Virus record (IMG/VR): IMGVR_UViG_3300017987_000073
Coordinates: 1 to 64,000 of that record
Strand: one strand, 5' to 3'
Length of the DNA stretch: 64,000 nucleotides
Source: a virus
The translations under genes and the position numbers were made by a program. The notes beneath the pieces were generated by a model that saw only the letters and a program-made list of their open reading frames with translations, made no database searches and was not told where the DNA came from. Within the stretch, counting starts at the first letter, position 1. Every line of letters begins with the position of its first letter. This document shows, one piece after another, positions 8,805 through 18,822 of this stretch.

Positions 8805-8882
8805 GCCGACGGGCGGACGCTACTCACGCCATCTTCCCCCCGGTTCCCCGGGGGGTGCTCTAAGCATTTGAGCTACGCCGGC
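8805..8882 (-). ncRNA. tRNA-like RNA with non-canonical anticodon and T arms
   Basis: acceptor GCCGGCG/CGTCGGC, TA, D arm GCTC..GAGC, then an 8-bp stem capped by GGAA instead of an anticodon loop; T arm lacks TTCG; no CCA. Confidence 0.65.
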
Positions 8883-8886
8883 ATAA

Positions 8887-9309
8887 TTACTTCTCTCCGT
8901 TCAACTTGTCGATCGTCTCCTCGGCCGAGAACGGAACCAGCTTGACCCGACTCGCCTCGAACGAGGCGAACGCCGCCAGGCGGACGTCGCTCTCCCGGTC
9001 CTCGAGCGCCGCGAGGACCCGCTCCACCCGCTCGCGGTCCCCATCCTCGACCTCCGGCTCCAGGTACGACCGCAGGTGAGCCCGGACCGACTCCAGGTGC
9101 CCCTCGAACGCCTCGGCGTGCTCCCGGACGCCCTTCAGCCAGAAGTCCAGGAACCGCTCGCTCTGCGCCTCCGTGAGCCGCCCGCCGCCGGCGAGCTCCG
9201 CGGTCGCAATGTTCGCCTTCCGGATCAGCCTCTCCCGCTCCTTGGGGTGCGGTTCGCGGGGGATCGACTCCACCGCCCTCTCGAGGACCTCCTTCGTGAG
9301 CTTCGTCAT
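8887..9309 (-). CDS. hypothetical protein with a segment resembling a major capsid protein N-arm
   Basis: IRKANIATAELAGGGRLTEAQSERF. Confidence 0.6.
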   Translation of the reverse strand: MTKLTKEVLERAVESIPREPHPKERERLIRKANIATAELAGGGRLTEAQSERFLDFWLKGVREHAEAFEGHLESVRAHLRSYLEPEVEDGDRERVERVLAALEDRESDVRLAAFASFEASRVKLVPFSAEETIDKLNGEK

Positions 9310-11360
9310 CTCGCCCCCTTGGCGTCCAGGATCAAAGCGAGGGCGGTCGTCTCGCTCACTCGTTCGTTGACCGACCCCTTCCGCACCGACCAGTGAACTC
9401 CGCCGACGTGCTCCGTCGGCTGATCCTTAACGTTCGCCAGCAACACGAGCTCCCACCCGTTCCGAAGCGTTCGCTTGCAGATCTCCTCGGTCTTGACGCT
9501 CATCTTCGCCTCCTGACCCGCGGCGCGAACTCCCGCCCGTCCCCCGGGCAAGGTTGACCGCGCTTCCTCCGGTCGTCCAGCACGTAGTCCCCGCCGATCC
9601 CGAACCGCTTCGACCGCTCCCCGCAGACCTCGCATCGGTAGGTGTCGTAGATCGCCTTCCCCCGCCGCAAAGTGAAGAGGTTCGTCTTCTCCCAAACGTG
9701 CTTCCTCGGAGGCGCCCGGTCCGGGGGGACGTAGTATACCGCCATCAGCTCCCGCGGGGGCTCCCCCGACTTCAAGGTATCGTTGAACCACTCCAGCGTC
9801 TCCTCCGACCACCGCCGCGGGTCGTCCGTCCACTCCCGGTGAATCTCCTCGAACGTCTGCTCCGAGCCCACCTCCCGCCAGACCAGCGCGAAGGTCCGCG
9901 AGGCGACCTCTCGACTCCCCTCCCCGCACGCCGGGCAAGGTGTGATCAAACCGGGGTTCTCGTGCCAGGGGTGGTCGCACTCGCTCATAATCGCCTCCTC
10001 CGGTCCACTATCCTCCGCTCGGTCTCCGTCATCCGCCGAGCGTCGAGCAACTTCAGTCCCCCGATCCAGCGGAGGAGCTTCCGAAACGTCGATAAACGTA
10101 TACAGACCCACCCACCGCGCGAGTCCTCGATCGTCAGGGTGAGGAACTGACTCCGGGCCCGCTGGAGAGCGTCGTCGGTCTGGACCAACTGCCCCACCTT
10201 GGCGACCACGTGGTCGCTCAATCGCCGCTCCCAGATCGTCACGTTCAGCGCCTCGACCTCCTCCCTCAACGTCGGCATTCTAAAGCTCCTCGAACAAGTT
10301 CTCCTCCAGGTCGAGCGCGACCTGGTCGCCGATCGACCCGATCACCTCCTCCTCGAAGGTCCGCCTCCGGGGAGGTCTCCCGCGACGTCTCCGCCGCTTC
10401 ACTGGCACGGTGAGGCGGAACCGGTGTCCCCCGAGCTCCAGGAGAAGCAGGGCGTCCGAACCCGATATCCGCGCCGCCAGGAGCCGCAGGGAGGGGATCC
10501 CGAGCGTCTCCCGCGCCCTCGCGACCTCCGCCTCCGCCCACTCCCTGAACTCGCTCATTTGGAGAACCTAAAACCGCTCACGAGTGGGTAGGGAGCGATC
10601 CTCCACCTGGATACTCGCCCGTACTCCACCGTGATCAGACCGCGAGCCCGAAGTCGGTGGAGCACCTTCGCCGCGTTTCGGGCGAGCGACTGCACCCCTC
10701 GACCGTTGGGTCGACTCCACCCCTCGGAGTCCGGCCAAAGCGCCTCGGCGACCTCGACGTTCGTCCTGGGCCCCACGTAGACCTCGAACAGAGCTCTCAG
10801 CTCCACCTCCGACAGGTCAGCGGGGAGAACTCTCATTCCTCACCTCGCGACATCAACTCGGCGTAATTGAACGGAGAACCCAGGGCTTCCTCGATCGTGA
10901 TACGCTCCTCCGACCACCCCAGAACCTGATTATTATACAGGTGGACGCGCTTGGGGATCGAGATTCGGTTGTGAACGAACCGAATTCCCTTCTCGGTCGG
11001 TTTCCACAAACCGGACGTCTTCGTCTGACCGTCGTCGTCCTCCGGGTCGTGCGGTTTCTGCATCAACAGACCCCAGTGTCTCGTCGTTCCGTACTCCTTG
11101 GTCCGGAGTACAAAACGCGGCGCGTCGCGAGGAACGTTGATCCAGTCCCGCTCACGCTCGTAACGTCGAACGATCCAAATCAACGCAGCCGACATCCCGC
11201 TGTTGAGTTTTCGTTTGTAGAGCTTGCAGAACTGACCGCAACACGGACAGAAGCTCCCATTATCCAGGTTGGCGAACACCCGATCCCGAGCTTGATCGAG
11301 CGTTCCTCGATATCTCCTCTCTTTCCGTCTCTCTCCCTCCTCGAACATCGATAGTTGCAT
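9306..11360 (-). other. run of small coupled hypothetical genes (9306-9503, 9500-9988, 9985-10278, 10280-10558, 10555-10836 wHTH-like, 10833-11360 Zn-ribbon/wHTH-like)
   Basis: overlapping start/stop codons, protein-like composition. Confidence 0.6.
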
Positions 11361-12018
11361 CAGAGGTACCCCTTCATCCAGACCGAGACGCTCCGGAGCG
11401 CGTCGTAGATCGCGTACGACCTCCGCGCCTCGTCCACGTTGATCAACATCCGGTTGGTCGCCTCCTGATGCGCCTGAGAGTCGATCGACTTCAGCTCGGG
11501 AACGTTCTCCGTCACGTTCTCGCGGATCTGATCCAGGCGCTCCTCGTACCGCTCCAGAACGCTACGCATCGTGTCCTCGACCTTGGCCTTGAGCTTCCCC
11601 CACCGCTCGAGCGCCCTCCGGAGGCGGTCTTCCGCGTCCTCCAGGAACTCCTCGAGGTCCTCCACCGAGAACTCCCTCGCGCGCTTCTCCGGCTCGCTCC
11701 ACCCTCGATCGTCCGGTACTCCACCGCGTGACCGTACTCCCGCGCGCTCTCGACCCCGAGCTCCATCCCCTCGGTCACCCCCAGGTCGGTGTAAATCGCC
11801 GTCGCGTGCGCCGCCCGGCGCCACTCGAACCCGGCCCGGATCCCGAGCTTCCGCTCCGCCTCGACCGCGTCGTTCAGGACCCCCCGCTGAGTGTAGAGCA
11901 GGTGCGACGCGTAGGGCGACTCCCCGCGGCCGATGCAGTCCCGGAGCGCCGCCCTTGCGTACGCCACGTTGAGCCGAACGTTCCCCTTGTAGGGGGACTC
12001 GACGATCACTCTCCTCAT
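11360..12018 (-). CDS. conserved phage protein (ESPYxG..ASHLLYTQ family) plus coiled-coil part, apparent frameshift near 11703
   Basis: frame of 11512..12018 turns to junk after VEYRTIEG; the -1 frame continues WSEPEKRAREF... to 11360. Confidence 0.6.
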
Positions 12019-12690
12019 TTACCACCTCTCGGGAGCTCAAACGTCTCGACGTCAACCACCTCCTCGCACGTCACGAGGTGGGTGAACTCCCCGGCCGCCG
12101 AGACCGCCGGCTCCGGCTTGGACAGGATCCTCCAGACGCCCGGTCTCCGCCCGTCCGAGTCCTCGAACCTGGCCAGGTCCCCGGGAACCAGGGTCTCGAA
12201 TGGGACCTCCTTCCACGTCTCCCCGTCCCTCTGGAGCACGAAGGTGTGGATATCCGTCGGAACCCGATTGAATTCATCCGTTTCGCTTCGCTCGTTCGTC
12301 ATCTCAACACTCGAACCTCTTGAACCAATTCGCCCAGCAGTCGTCGCAGAGCTCCGGAGCGTCGTCCGCGGCCCCCTCCGACCAGGGCTTGACCTCCCCG
12401 CAACCCGGGCAGGTCCAGCTCCGCTCGATCTCCACCCGCGTGGAGTCGATCACCTCCGTGATCACGAACGTCCCCGGGTACTCCCTCCGTCGGCGGAGCA
12501 CCTTGGTCTCGATCCACCACCACAGACGCCTCCACCACGGCGTGCGAAACACGAGCGGCCGCCCCACGTCGAACTTGGAGAAGTCCCCGACCCCGTGGAA
12601 GACGTCCATCACCACACCCCCAGTCCACCACCAGGGCGAGTCGGACGCTTCAGGAACATCCGATCGTCGTAGACCTGCACGAGCTCCCAC
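12015..12690 (-). other. two small hypothetical genes (12015-12302; 12304 to about 12612)
   Basis: coupled ORFs, second has CxxC..CxxC. Confidence 0.5.
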
Positions 12691-13241
12691 CCGTCCTCGC
12701 CCAGGGCGTCCAGCTTCTCCTCCGCGAGTTCCACGGTCCCCGGGAGGTCCAGAACGTGGTACGCGAACCGCGGCGGCTCGTACTGAAACTTCGTCTCCGC
12801 GCTCTTCGGTCCGTCCTCGACCTTCTCCCCCTCCCAGAGTCGACTCATCTCCCGAGCGGCCCGCGGCAACTCGAACTTGCTGGCCTTCTCCCGCGGCTTC
12901 GACTCGCCCGCCGGCCAGCCCGGCCAGGGCTCCCTGGAGCGAATCTTCGCCCCCATCGAGAACCCGCCGAGCTCCCCGAACCGAATTTTGTCCGCGATCG
13001 CCCTCGTGGTCCGCATCGTCAGATCGACGTCGATCAAATCGTCCTCTCGCTTTTCGCGCTCGAATTCAACTCGAACCCGCCGATCGGTGACCCTCGAGTT
13101 CAAGTCGTCGACCAACTTCTGGAGCGCGACGGGATCACCCTTGACCAGCTCGATCTCCGCGCGCTCCTCCCACCGAAGGACCCCGTTCTCCACCGTGATC
13201 AAGGCGACCGCCCCCTCGGTGTTAATCGTTCGCTCTTCCAT
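12609..13241 (-). CDS. chimeric protein: prohead-protease-like motif plus DUF4177-like C-terminus
   Basis: KIRFGELGGFSMG; EEKLDALGEDGWELVQV. Confidence 0.55.
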   Translation of the reverse strand: MEERTINTEGAVALITVENGVLRWEERAEIELVKGDPVALQKLVDDLNSRVTDRRVRVEFEREKREDDLIDVDLTMRTTRAIADKIRFGELGGFSMGAKIRSREPWPGWPAGESKPREKASKFELPRAAREMSRLWEGEKVEDGPKSAETKFQYEPPRFAYHVLDLPGTVELAEEKLDALGEDGWELVQVYDDRMFLKRPTRPGGGLGVW

Positions 13242-14318
13242 CTCGCTCGGCCTCCACGCACGGACAGGAGTTGTCCTCCCGCGTGCACCACTTCCCGCAG
13301 GTGTTGCACTGGCTCATCTCACCGCAAATCGGGCAGATCCCGCGGTAGTTGCCCCGGATCACCCCGACCCCGACGTCCACCTCGTCGTAATCCAGGTCGA
13401 ACCCCTCCGACCCGCAGATCGGGCACTTCGTCTCGTCAGGCACTGGGCAAACCTCCCCCCTCGATCAGCAGGACGCGGAGGTCCACGTCCATCCCGTTGA
13501 TCCGTCCCCGCGCGGCCCCCACCTCCTGGACCCCGAGCGCGAAGATCTCGGCGCAAGCCCCGCAGAGGAGGTGAGACTGACCGTCTCGCAGGATCAAACC
13601 CGGCTTCCCGGCGTCCAGGAGCCGATTCCTGCACCCCGCCGCCTCGCAGAGCGGGAGCACGTGTCGCGCGAACTTCACGGCGGGTCCTCGTCCCCGAGGA
13701 ACCTCGCGACCGCGTCGAGCTGCTCCTCGCCGATCGCGTCGTCCCGACCGTTGAGCACCTCCCCGAGCCGGTGGGTCGCCTCCGAGGTCACCGCGTCCGC
13801 GACCCGCTGAACCTGCCTCGGGAGCGTCTCCGCGCTCGCCTGGGCGTCCTCGAACGCCTCGATCTGCTCGGTCCCGATCTCGAACCACTCCCCGAGGTCC
13901 ACCTCCCACGCCGGGACGAACTGCGGCTCCGGCGACTCCGGCGCCTCCTGCTCGACCAGGGCCCGCTTGACGAACTTCACCCGGAGATCGAGCCGCGCCC
14001 CGACCTGAATCCTCCGCCGCGGCCTCACAGCGACACCCACGGCCGATCACCGCCCACCCGGATCCAGCGCCGACCAGTCCCCGGGTCGAACAGCGTCAGG
14101 TTGCTGTGCTCGAACTCCGATGCTATCGCCCATGCTCCGAAGAGCGTCAGCTCCCCCTCGAAAAGCTCGTAGTCCCCCCGACCGTTCGAGATCCTCGCGC
14201 AGGTCGGCGTCAACCACGCCCCACCGCAGATCACCACCGCCTTCGTGGGGACCCCCTCGGGTACCTTCAGGGTGACCTTGCGGTCCTCGTCCGTCGTGAC
14301 CTTGACCTCTCCGTTCAT
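13222..14318 (-). other. four small hypothetical genes (13222-13443 Zn ribbon, 13436-13678, 13675-14040, 14025-14318)
   Basis: coupled ORFs. Confidence 0.5.
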
Positions 14319-14539
14319 CTGGACCTCCCTCGGCTCGGCATCTTCGTCGGCTCGACCTTCCCCTCCCGGTAGAACATGATCAGCGAGAGGCAGTGGAACT
14401 CGCTGTCCGAACTCTGGACCACCTGGCGGTCCACCACGTTCGGACGCTCCCTCTTGATCCAGTCCGTGACCCGCTCCCCGAGCGACTCCCGCTCCTTCGC
14501 CTTGGTCGCCGAGAACACTTTCACTCCGTCGAACTCCAT
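14315..14539 (-). CDS. small protein of a family I recall from myxobacteria
   Basis: GVKVFSATKAKERExLGE..QSSDSEFHCLSLIMFY. Confidence 0.7.
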   Translation of the reverse strand: MEFDGVKVFSATKAKERESLGERVTDWIKRERPNVVDRQVVQSSDSEFHCLSLIMFYREGKVEPTKMPSRGRSR

Positions 14540-14550
14540 CTTCGTCCCTC

Positions 14551-15162
14551 CTAACCGAAATGAGCGCGGATCACGTCCTCCGCCGCTCGTTGGTAGGCTC
14601 TGACCGCCCACGGTCGCGGCCAGGCCCACAGGTAGTTGCCCCCGGAGAGCCGCTCGGCTCGGTGGGTGGCGTTCGCTCGGATCTCCTCCGGCGTGATCAA
14701 CCCTCGCTTCATACACTCCCTCCACGCGGCCTTGTCCGCGTCCAACTCCAGATAGAACCGTCCCGCCGCCAACCCGACGGGCAGGGGGAGCACGAAGTAG
14801 GCGAGCGCGAACCCCGGCGCCCCGAGCCAGGCCCGGAGCCGCCGGTTGATCCAAGCGACCGGGAATAAGATCCACCCGAACCAGGTCGCCTGCGTCGTGT
14901 GACGCCCCTCGTGGAAGATCAGGCGCTCGCTCAGGCTCTCCCAGAGTCGCGAGTAACCCTGCCGCGTGATCAGGGTCGTCGCGTACTCGTCCAGGAACGT
15001 CCGACGCGAGATCCCGAGCGCCAGTAGCCCCAACGTCAGGACCGCCCCGGTCCACCACAGGGCGCTCCAGTACCACGCGTCCTTCGTCTCGACCACCGCC
15101 ACCGGTTCGACCGACTCGACCAGCGCCTGGTAGCGGTACCTCTCGTTCGTCCAGCTTCTCAT
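14551..15162 (-). CDS. membrane protein with HExxH metallopeptidase motif
   Basis: hydrophobic segments; IFHEGRH. Confidence 0.6.
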   Translation of the reverse strand: MRSWTNERYRYQALVESVEPVAVVETKDAWYWSALWWTGAVLTLGLLALGISRRTFLDEYATTLITRQGYSRLWESLSERLIFHEGRHTTQATWFGWILFPVAWINRRLRAWLGAPGFALAYFVLPLPVGLAAGRFYLELDADKAAWRECMKRGLITPEEIRANATHRAERLSGGNYLWAWPRPWAVRAYQRAAEDVIRAHFG

Positions 15163-16014
15163 CTAACCCTCCAGGTCGTACACCTCGGCGATCCTCCGAC
15201 CGATTATCTTGAGCCCGAGATCCCGCGCCACCTCGAACGCCGCCTCCGGGTCGAGCCGCCCCCTCCGAAACGTCACCGGGACGTCGTGGAGCGAGACGAG
15301 GAACCTCATCAACCCGACGTGCTCCCGCCCGGCCGCCCGGAGCTTCTTGACCAGCCCCTCCAACTCCCGCGGGATATCCCCCTGGGGGTGCCCCAGCGCC
15401 ATCATCTCCGGCACGACGGAGGGGTTCCACCCCAGCAGGGCGACGGCCTTCTTCTCCCCGATCCCGGGCACCCCGGGCACGTCGTCCCCGGTGTCCCCCG
15501 CCAACGCCTTGTAGTCCCGAAACAGTCGGAGCGGGACCGGGAGCCGATCGTTCGCCTCCAGGACGTCGACGACGCTCTCCTCCGACCCTATCCGAAGCAA
15601 GACGTGAACCTCGCGCGAGACGAGCTGAAGGAGGTCCTGGTCCCGCGTGAGAACCAGGACCGGTTGAGGGAGACACCTCGCGAGCGTCCCGATCACATCG
15701 TCCGCCTCCCACCCCACCGACCACGCCTGGTCGATCCCCAGGTGCGTGAGCAGACCGAGGAGGTCGTGGAGCTCGCCCCGGTACTCCTCGTCCGGCTCCT
15801 TGCCCCTCCTCGACTTCTTGTAGTCCGGGAACCGCTCCACCCGCTTCGAGACGTTGTCCTCCGGGTCCCAACAGACCACGAGCCGACGCTCCGGGTCGAG
15901 CTCCTGAAGCTTCAGGACCCGCTGAAGGAACCGGTGCGCGAGGGTCCGCCTCCCCGGCACGTAGGCGGCCTTCGCGAACCCGCACCCGTCCATCAGAGCG
16001 GTCTTGTACCTCAC
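15163..16014 (-). CDS. 5'-3' exonuclease (PolI N-terminal/FEN family)
   Basis: MDG, YK..R, EADDVIGT, TRDQDLLQL, ALAGDTGDDVPGVPGIGEKKA. Confidence 0.92.
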   Translation of the reverse strand: MRYKTALMDGCGFAKAAYVPGRRTLAHRFLQRVLKLQELDPERRLVVCWDPEDNVSKRVERFPDYKKSRRGKEPDEEYRGELHDLLGLLTHLGIDQAWSVGWEADDVIGTLARCLPQPVLVLTRDQDLLQLVSREVHVLLRIGSEESVVDVLEANDRLPVPLRLFRDYKALAGDTGDDVPGVPGIGEKKAVALLGWNPSVVPEMMALGHPQGDIPRELEGLVKKLRAAGREHVGLMRFLVSLHDVPVTFRRGRLDPEAAFEVARDLGLKIIGRRIAEVYDLEG

Positions 16015-16760
16015 TCGACCACCTCGCCGCCCAGCGTCGTGACCCCCTCCGTGACCAGCGGGAGGTTCTCCTTGAAGTACTCGAACACGTCCCGGACGCA
16101 CCCGCGGATCTGCCACTGCGCGTGGGCGTCCAGCCTCATCTTGAAGACGTGGCGCCACTGGCGAAGGTTGAAGGTCGTGTAGACCTCGGTCTTCGTCGCG
16201 TTCGGCAGGAGCTCCCGAGCGTCCTCCGAGGGCACGCTCCGAAGTCTCAGCTCCTGGTAACCCTCGTACGCCGCGAGAGTTTTCTGGCAGAAGACCTCGA
16301 ACTTGTGGGTGATTTCCTGGTAACCCTCGACAAAGACGCCACCACCCTCCGTCCGCCGGATCACCGTCCCCTCGGACACCTCGGCGATCGACGGCGGGAC
16401 GATCACCCGGAGCCGCCCCGACTCCTCCCCCGCCGGCGCGTAGTCGCAGTACCTTTGACTCTCCTGGGTGAACGCCGCGAGCCGGTGGCGGACGAGCTGG
16501 TGACTCATCGAACGCGAGCCCACGAAGCACGCCGTGAAGACCGCGTGCTCCAGGATCGACTCGTGCTTCCACTTGATCCCCACCTTCCGGATGAAGGGAG
16601 CCGCGCTCCCCGACTCGATCCGGTCCTCGGACTTGTGCGAGACCCGCCCGCACTCCTCGACCAGCCGGAGGGCGTGATCCGCCCACGCCGAGTCGTACTT
16701 CGGGGTGATCATCTCGGCGTGGGGTCTCACCACGACCAGCTCCGCTCTCTTCTCGGTCAT
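16011..16760 (-). CDS. thyX: flavin-dependent thymidylate synthase (canonical)
   Basis: HESILEH, SRSMSHQLVRHRLAAFTQESQRY, EDARELLPNA. Confidence 0.95.
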   Translation of the reverse strand: MTEKRAELVVVRPHAEMITPKYDSAWADHALRLVEECGRVSHKSEDRIESGSAAPFIRKVGIKWKHESILEHAVFTACFVGSRSMSHQLVRHRLAAFTQESQRYCDYAPAGEESGRLRVIVPPSIAEVSEGTVIRRTEGGGVFVEGYQEITHKFEVFCQKTLAAYEGYQELRLRSVPSEDARELLPNATKTEVYTTFNLRQWRHVFKMRLDAHAQWQIRGCVRDVFEYFKENLPLVTEGVTTLGGEVVE

Positions 16761-17389
16761 AACAGCCTCCCTTTCAACCGCTCGACGCCCAGTTGCGCGA
16801 GCTCGACCCCGGCGCGCCGGAGCAGTTTGCAAGCCTCCTCCGAGAGCCCGTACCGGCTCCCGTAGTCCTCGGCGAAGACGACCCGCGAGATCCCGACCCG
16901 AAGGAACCGCTTCGAGCAGTCCCAGCAGGCGCTCGCCGTCGTGTAGACCGTCCCGCCCTTCGGGGACACCCCGTCGAGCGCGCACTGGAGGAGCGCGTTC
17001 TCCTCCGCGTGAAGCGTCCGAACGCAGTGACCCCCGCTCATCAGGTGCCCCCCGACCAACTTCGCCCCGCACTCGGGGCAGAGCGGCGGTCCGTCGTCCC
17101 GCGGCCTCACCTCCAGGTTGGGCGCGGCCGCGATCAACTCGACCTCCGCTCGATCGGCCTCCCACTCGCACTCGGGACAACGATACTCGTCGCAGTGGGG
17201 CTCCCCCGGGGGGCTCCCGTTGTACCCCCCGGCGATTATCCGGTTGTCCACCGTGATCACAGCCCCGACCCCGTGCCTCCCCGGGTCGAAGAGGAGCTCC
17301 GGTCCGCGGTCGCAAGTGGAGCGCGTCGCCGCCAGATGAGCGTGCAGCATGAAGAACTCGTCCCAGGGGAGACGTGGAATTCTGAACAT
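16757..17389 (-). CDS. dCMP deaminase with Zn-ribbon insertion
   Basis: RSTC, GYNG, HAEENA, CWDC; inserted CPEC...CPEC. Confidence 0.92.
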   Translation of the reverse strand: MFRIPRLPWDEFFMLHAHLAATRSTCDRGPELLFDPGRHGVGAVITVDNRIIAGGYNGSPPGEPHCDEYRCPECEWEADRAEVELIAAAPNLEVRPRDDGPPLCPECGAKLVGGHLMSGGHCVRTLHAEENALLQCALDGVSPKGGTVYTTASACWDCSKRFLRVGISRVVFAEDYGSRYGLSEEACKLLRRAGVELAQLGVERLKGRLL

Positions 17390-17398
17390 CTCAACCTC

Positions 17399-17908
17399 CT
17401 ACACCACGTTGGGGGCGGTCGCCGCCTTCCTCCAGATCTCGAGGTCCAGCTCCCGCGGGGTCTGTCCCCGTCGATCGGCCTCCTCCAGGAACTCGCGCTC
17501 GAGCTCCTCGTACTCCCGGACTGTTTTGGGGGGTCGAGCGTTCATCCACCGTAACACGTGTCGATCGAGGACCGCGAACCGCGCTTCCGGTCGCGTCCAT
17601 ACGACGAAGAACCGGCTCGTCTTTGGTCCGATCCCGGGAATCCGCTCCAACTCCCTCGGGTGACAAGTCCTCAGTTCCGGTTGTCTCCGGGAGAACTCGA
17701 GAAACGCCTTCTCGAGAATTCCATACCGCCCCGCGTTCGCCGCTCGAAGATCCTCCGGATGCGCAACCAAGTGATTGATTGGACTCCCCTCACCTCGAGC
17801 GAGGTGTATCTCCTTTAGTCGAGCGATCACCACGTTAGCGAATCGCGCCGACTTCCCGGCCACCACGATCGCGTAGATCAGGTGCCACTCGAGCTCGACT
17901 TCGCTCAT
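17399..17908 (-). CDS. HhH DNA glycosylase/lyase-like protein
   Basis: LERIPGIGPKTSRFF HhH motif and AVLDRHVLR. Confidence 0.7.
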   Translation of the reverse strand: MSEVELEWHLIYAIVVAGKSARFANVVIARLKEIHLARGEGSPINHLVAHPEDLRAANAGRYGILEKAFLEFSRRQPELRTCHPRELERIPGIGPKTSRFFVVWTRPEARFAVLDRHVLRWMNARPPKTVREYEELEREFLEEADRRGQTPRELDLEIWRKAATAPNVV

Positions 17909-18697
17909 CTACGCCCCCTGTTCAGGATCGCCCGGCACTCGTGGCAACGTGGTTGCAGATCCACGACTCCCGGCGCCGTCACCCGGAGCCCGACCCGCTG
18001 GACCGTCTTCCACCTCCCGCACCCCCCGCACTTCACCTTGACCCGCGCCTCCGTCTCGCCCGGGGAACCGCTCTCCTTGTTCGCGAACGTCCGCAGGAAG
18101 CGGAGGTCCACCCTCGCCCCGTTCACGAGCACACTCGTTCCGTTCACGCTCATCAGCTCGGGCGTCTCGTCCTCCAGGCCCAGCTCGATCAACCCTCGAC
18201 GCAACGACCGCACCTCCGCCGCGCTCAGGTGCCAGGACCGGCTCCCGACCCTCAGCTTGTACCGCTTCCCGTCGCTCGCCCGCTCGATCTCAATCGCCAT
18301 CGAGGACCTCCTCCACGCGGTTGACCGCCTCCGCCATCTGGTGATGCGCCTCGCCTCCGATTGTCTTCATCCGCCGAACCATCAGGCGCCCGGCGGCGAC
18401 CCGAGCCGTCAGGCGCACCGCCGCGATCGTCTCCTGCTCCTCCGGAGAGATCGCCTCCCCGTCCTTGATCTCCTCCGCGGCCCTAAGAAGCGAACGACAA
18501 GCGGCGATAAACGTCCGAATCGGCGCCTTCCTGTCCTCCCGCTTGGCGACCACCGCGACCGGCGTCTTCCGCCCGAAGAGCCCGAGCTCCGCCACGCGGT
18601 AACCCGCCGCCTCGAGCTCCCGCTGGAGCCGCTTCAGAGCCGCCACCTCCGCGGGGTCGAACCCCACCGCCAGCAACTTCGTCTCGCTCTCGTTCAT
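17905..18697 (-). other. two hypothetical genes (17905-18300 Zn ribbon; 18290-18697)
   Basis: coupled ORFs with SD sequences. Confidence 0.55.
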
Positions 18698-18822
18698 CTC
18701 GACCTCCACCCCTTGTAACGGCGTATGCGCCCGCTGGAGGCGCCGGTGACCCCGGCGTCCCTTCCCTCGTCCTCGGTCGTTATGAGCGCCCCAAGGGGCC
18801 AGATTTGGACGGAACCGACCCT

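Noticed and set aside
8805-8882. Assignment as a functional decoding tRNA
   Set aside because: No 7-nt anticodon loop, no TTCG, no CCA; kept only as tRNA-like
18716-18822. Structured ncRNA downstream of nrdJ
   Set aside because: One or two GC hairpins only; not distinguishable from chance or a processing stem
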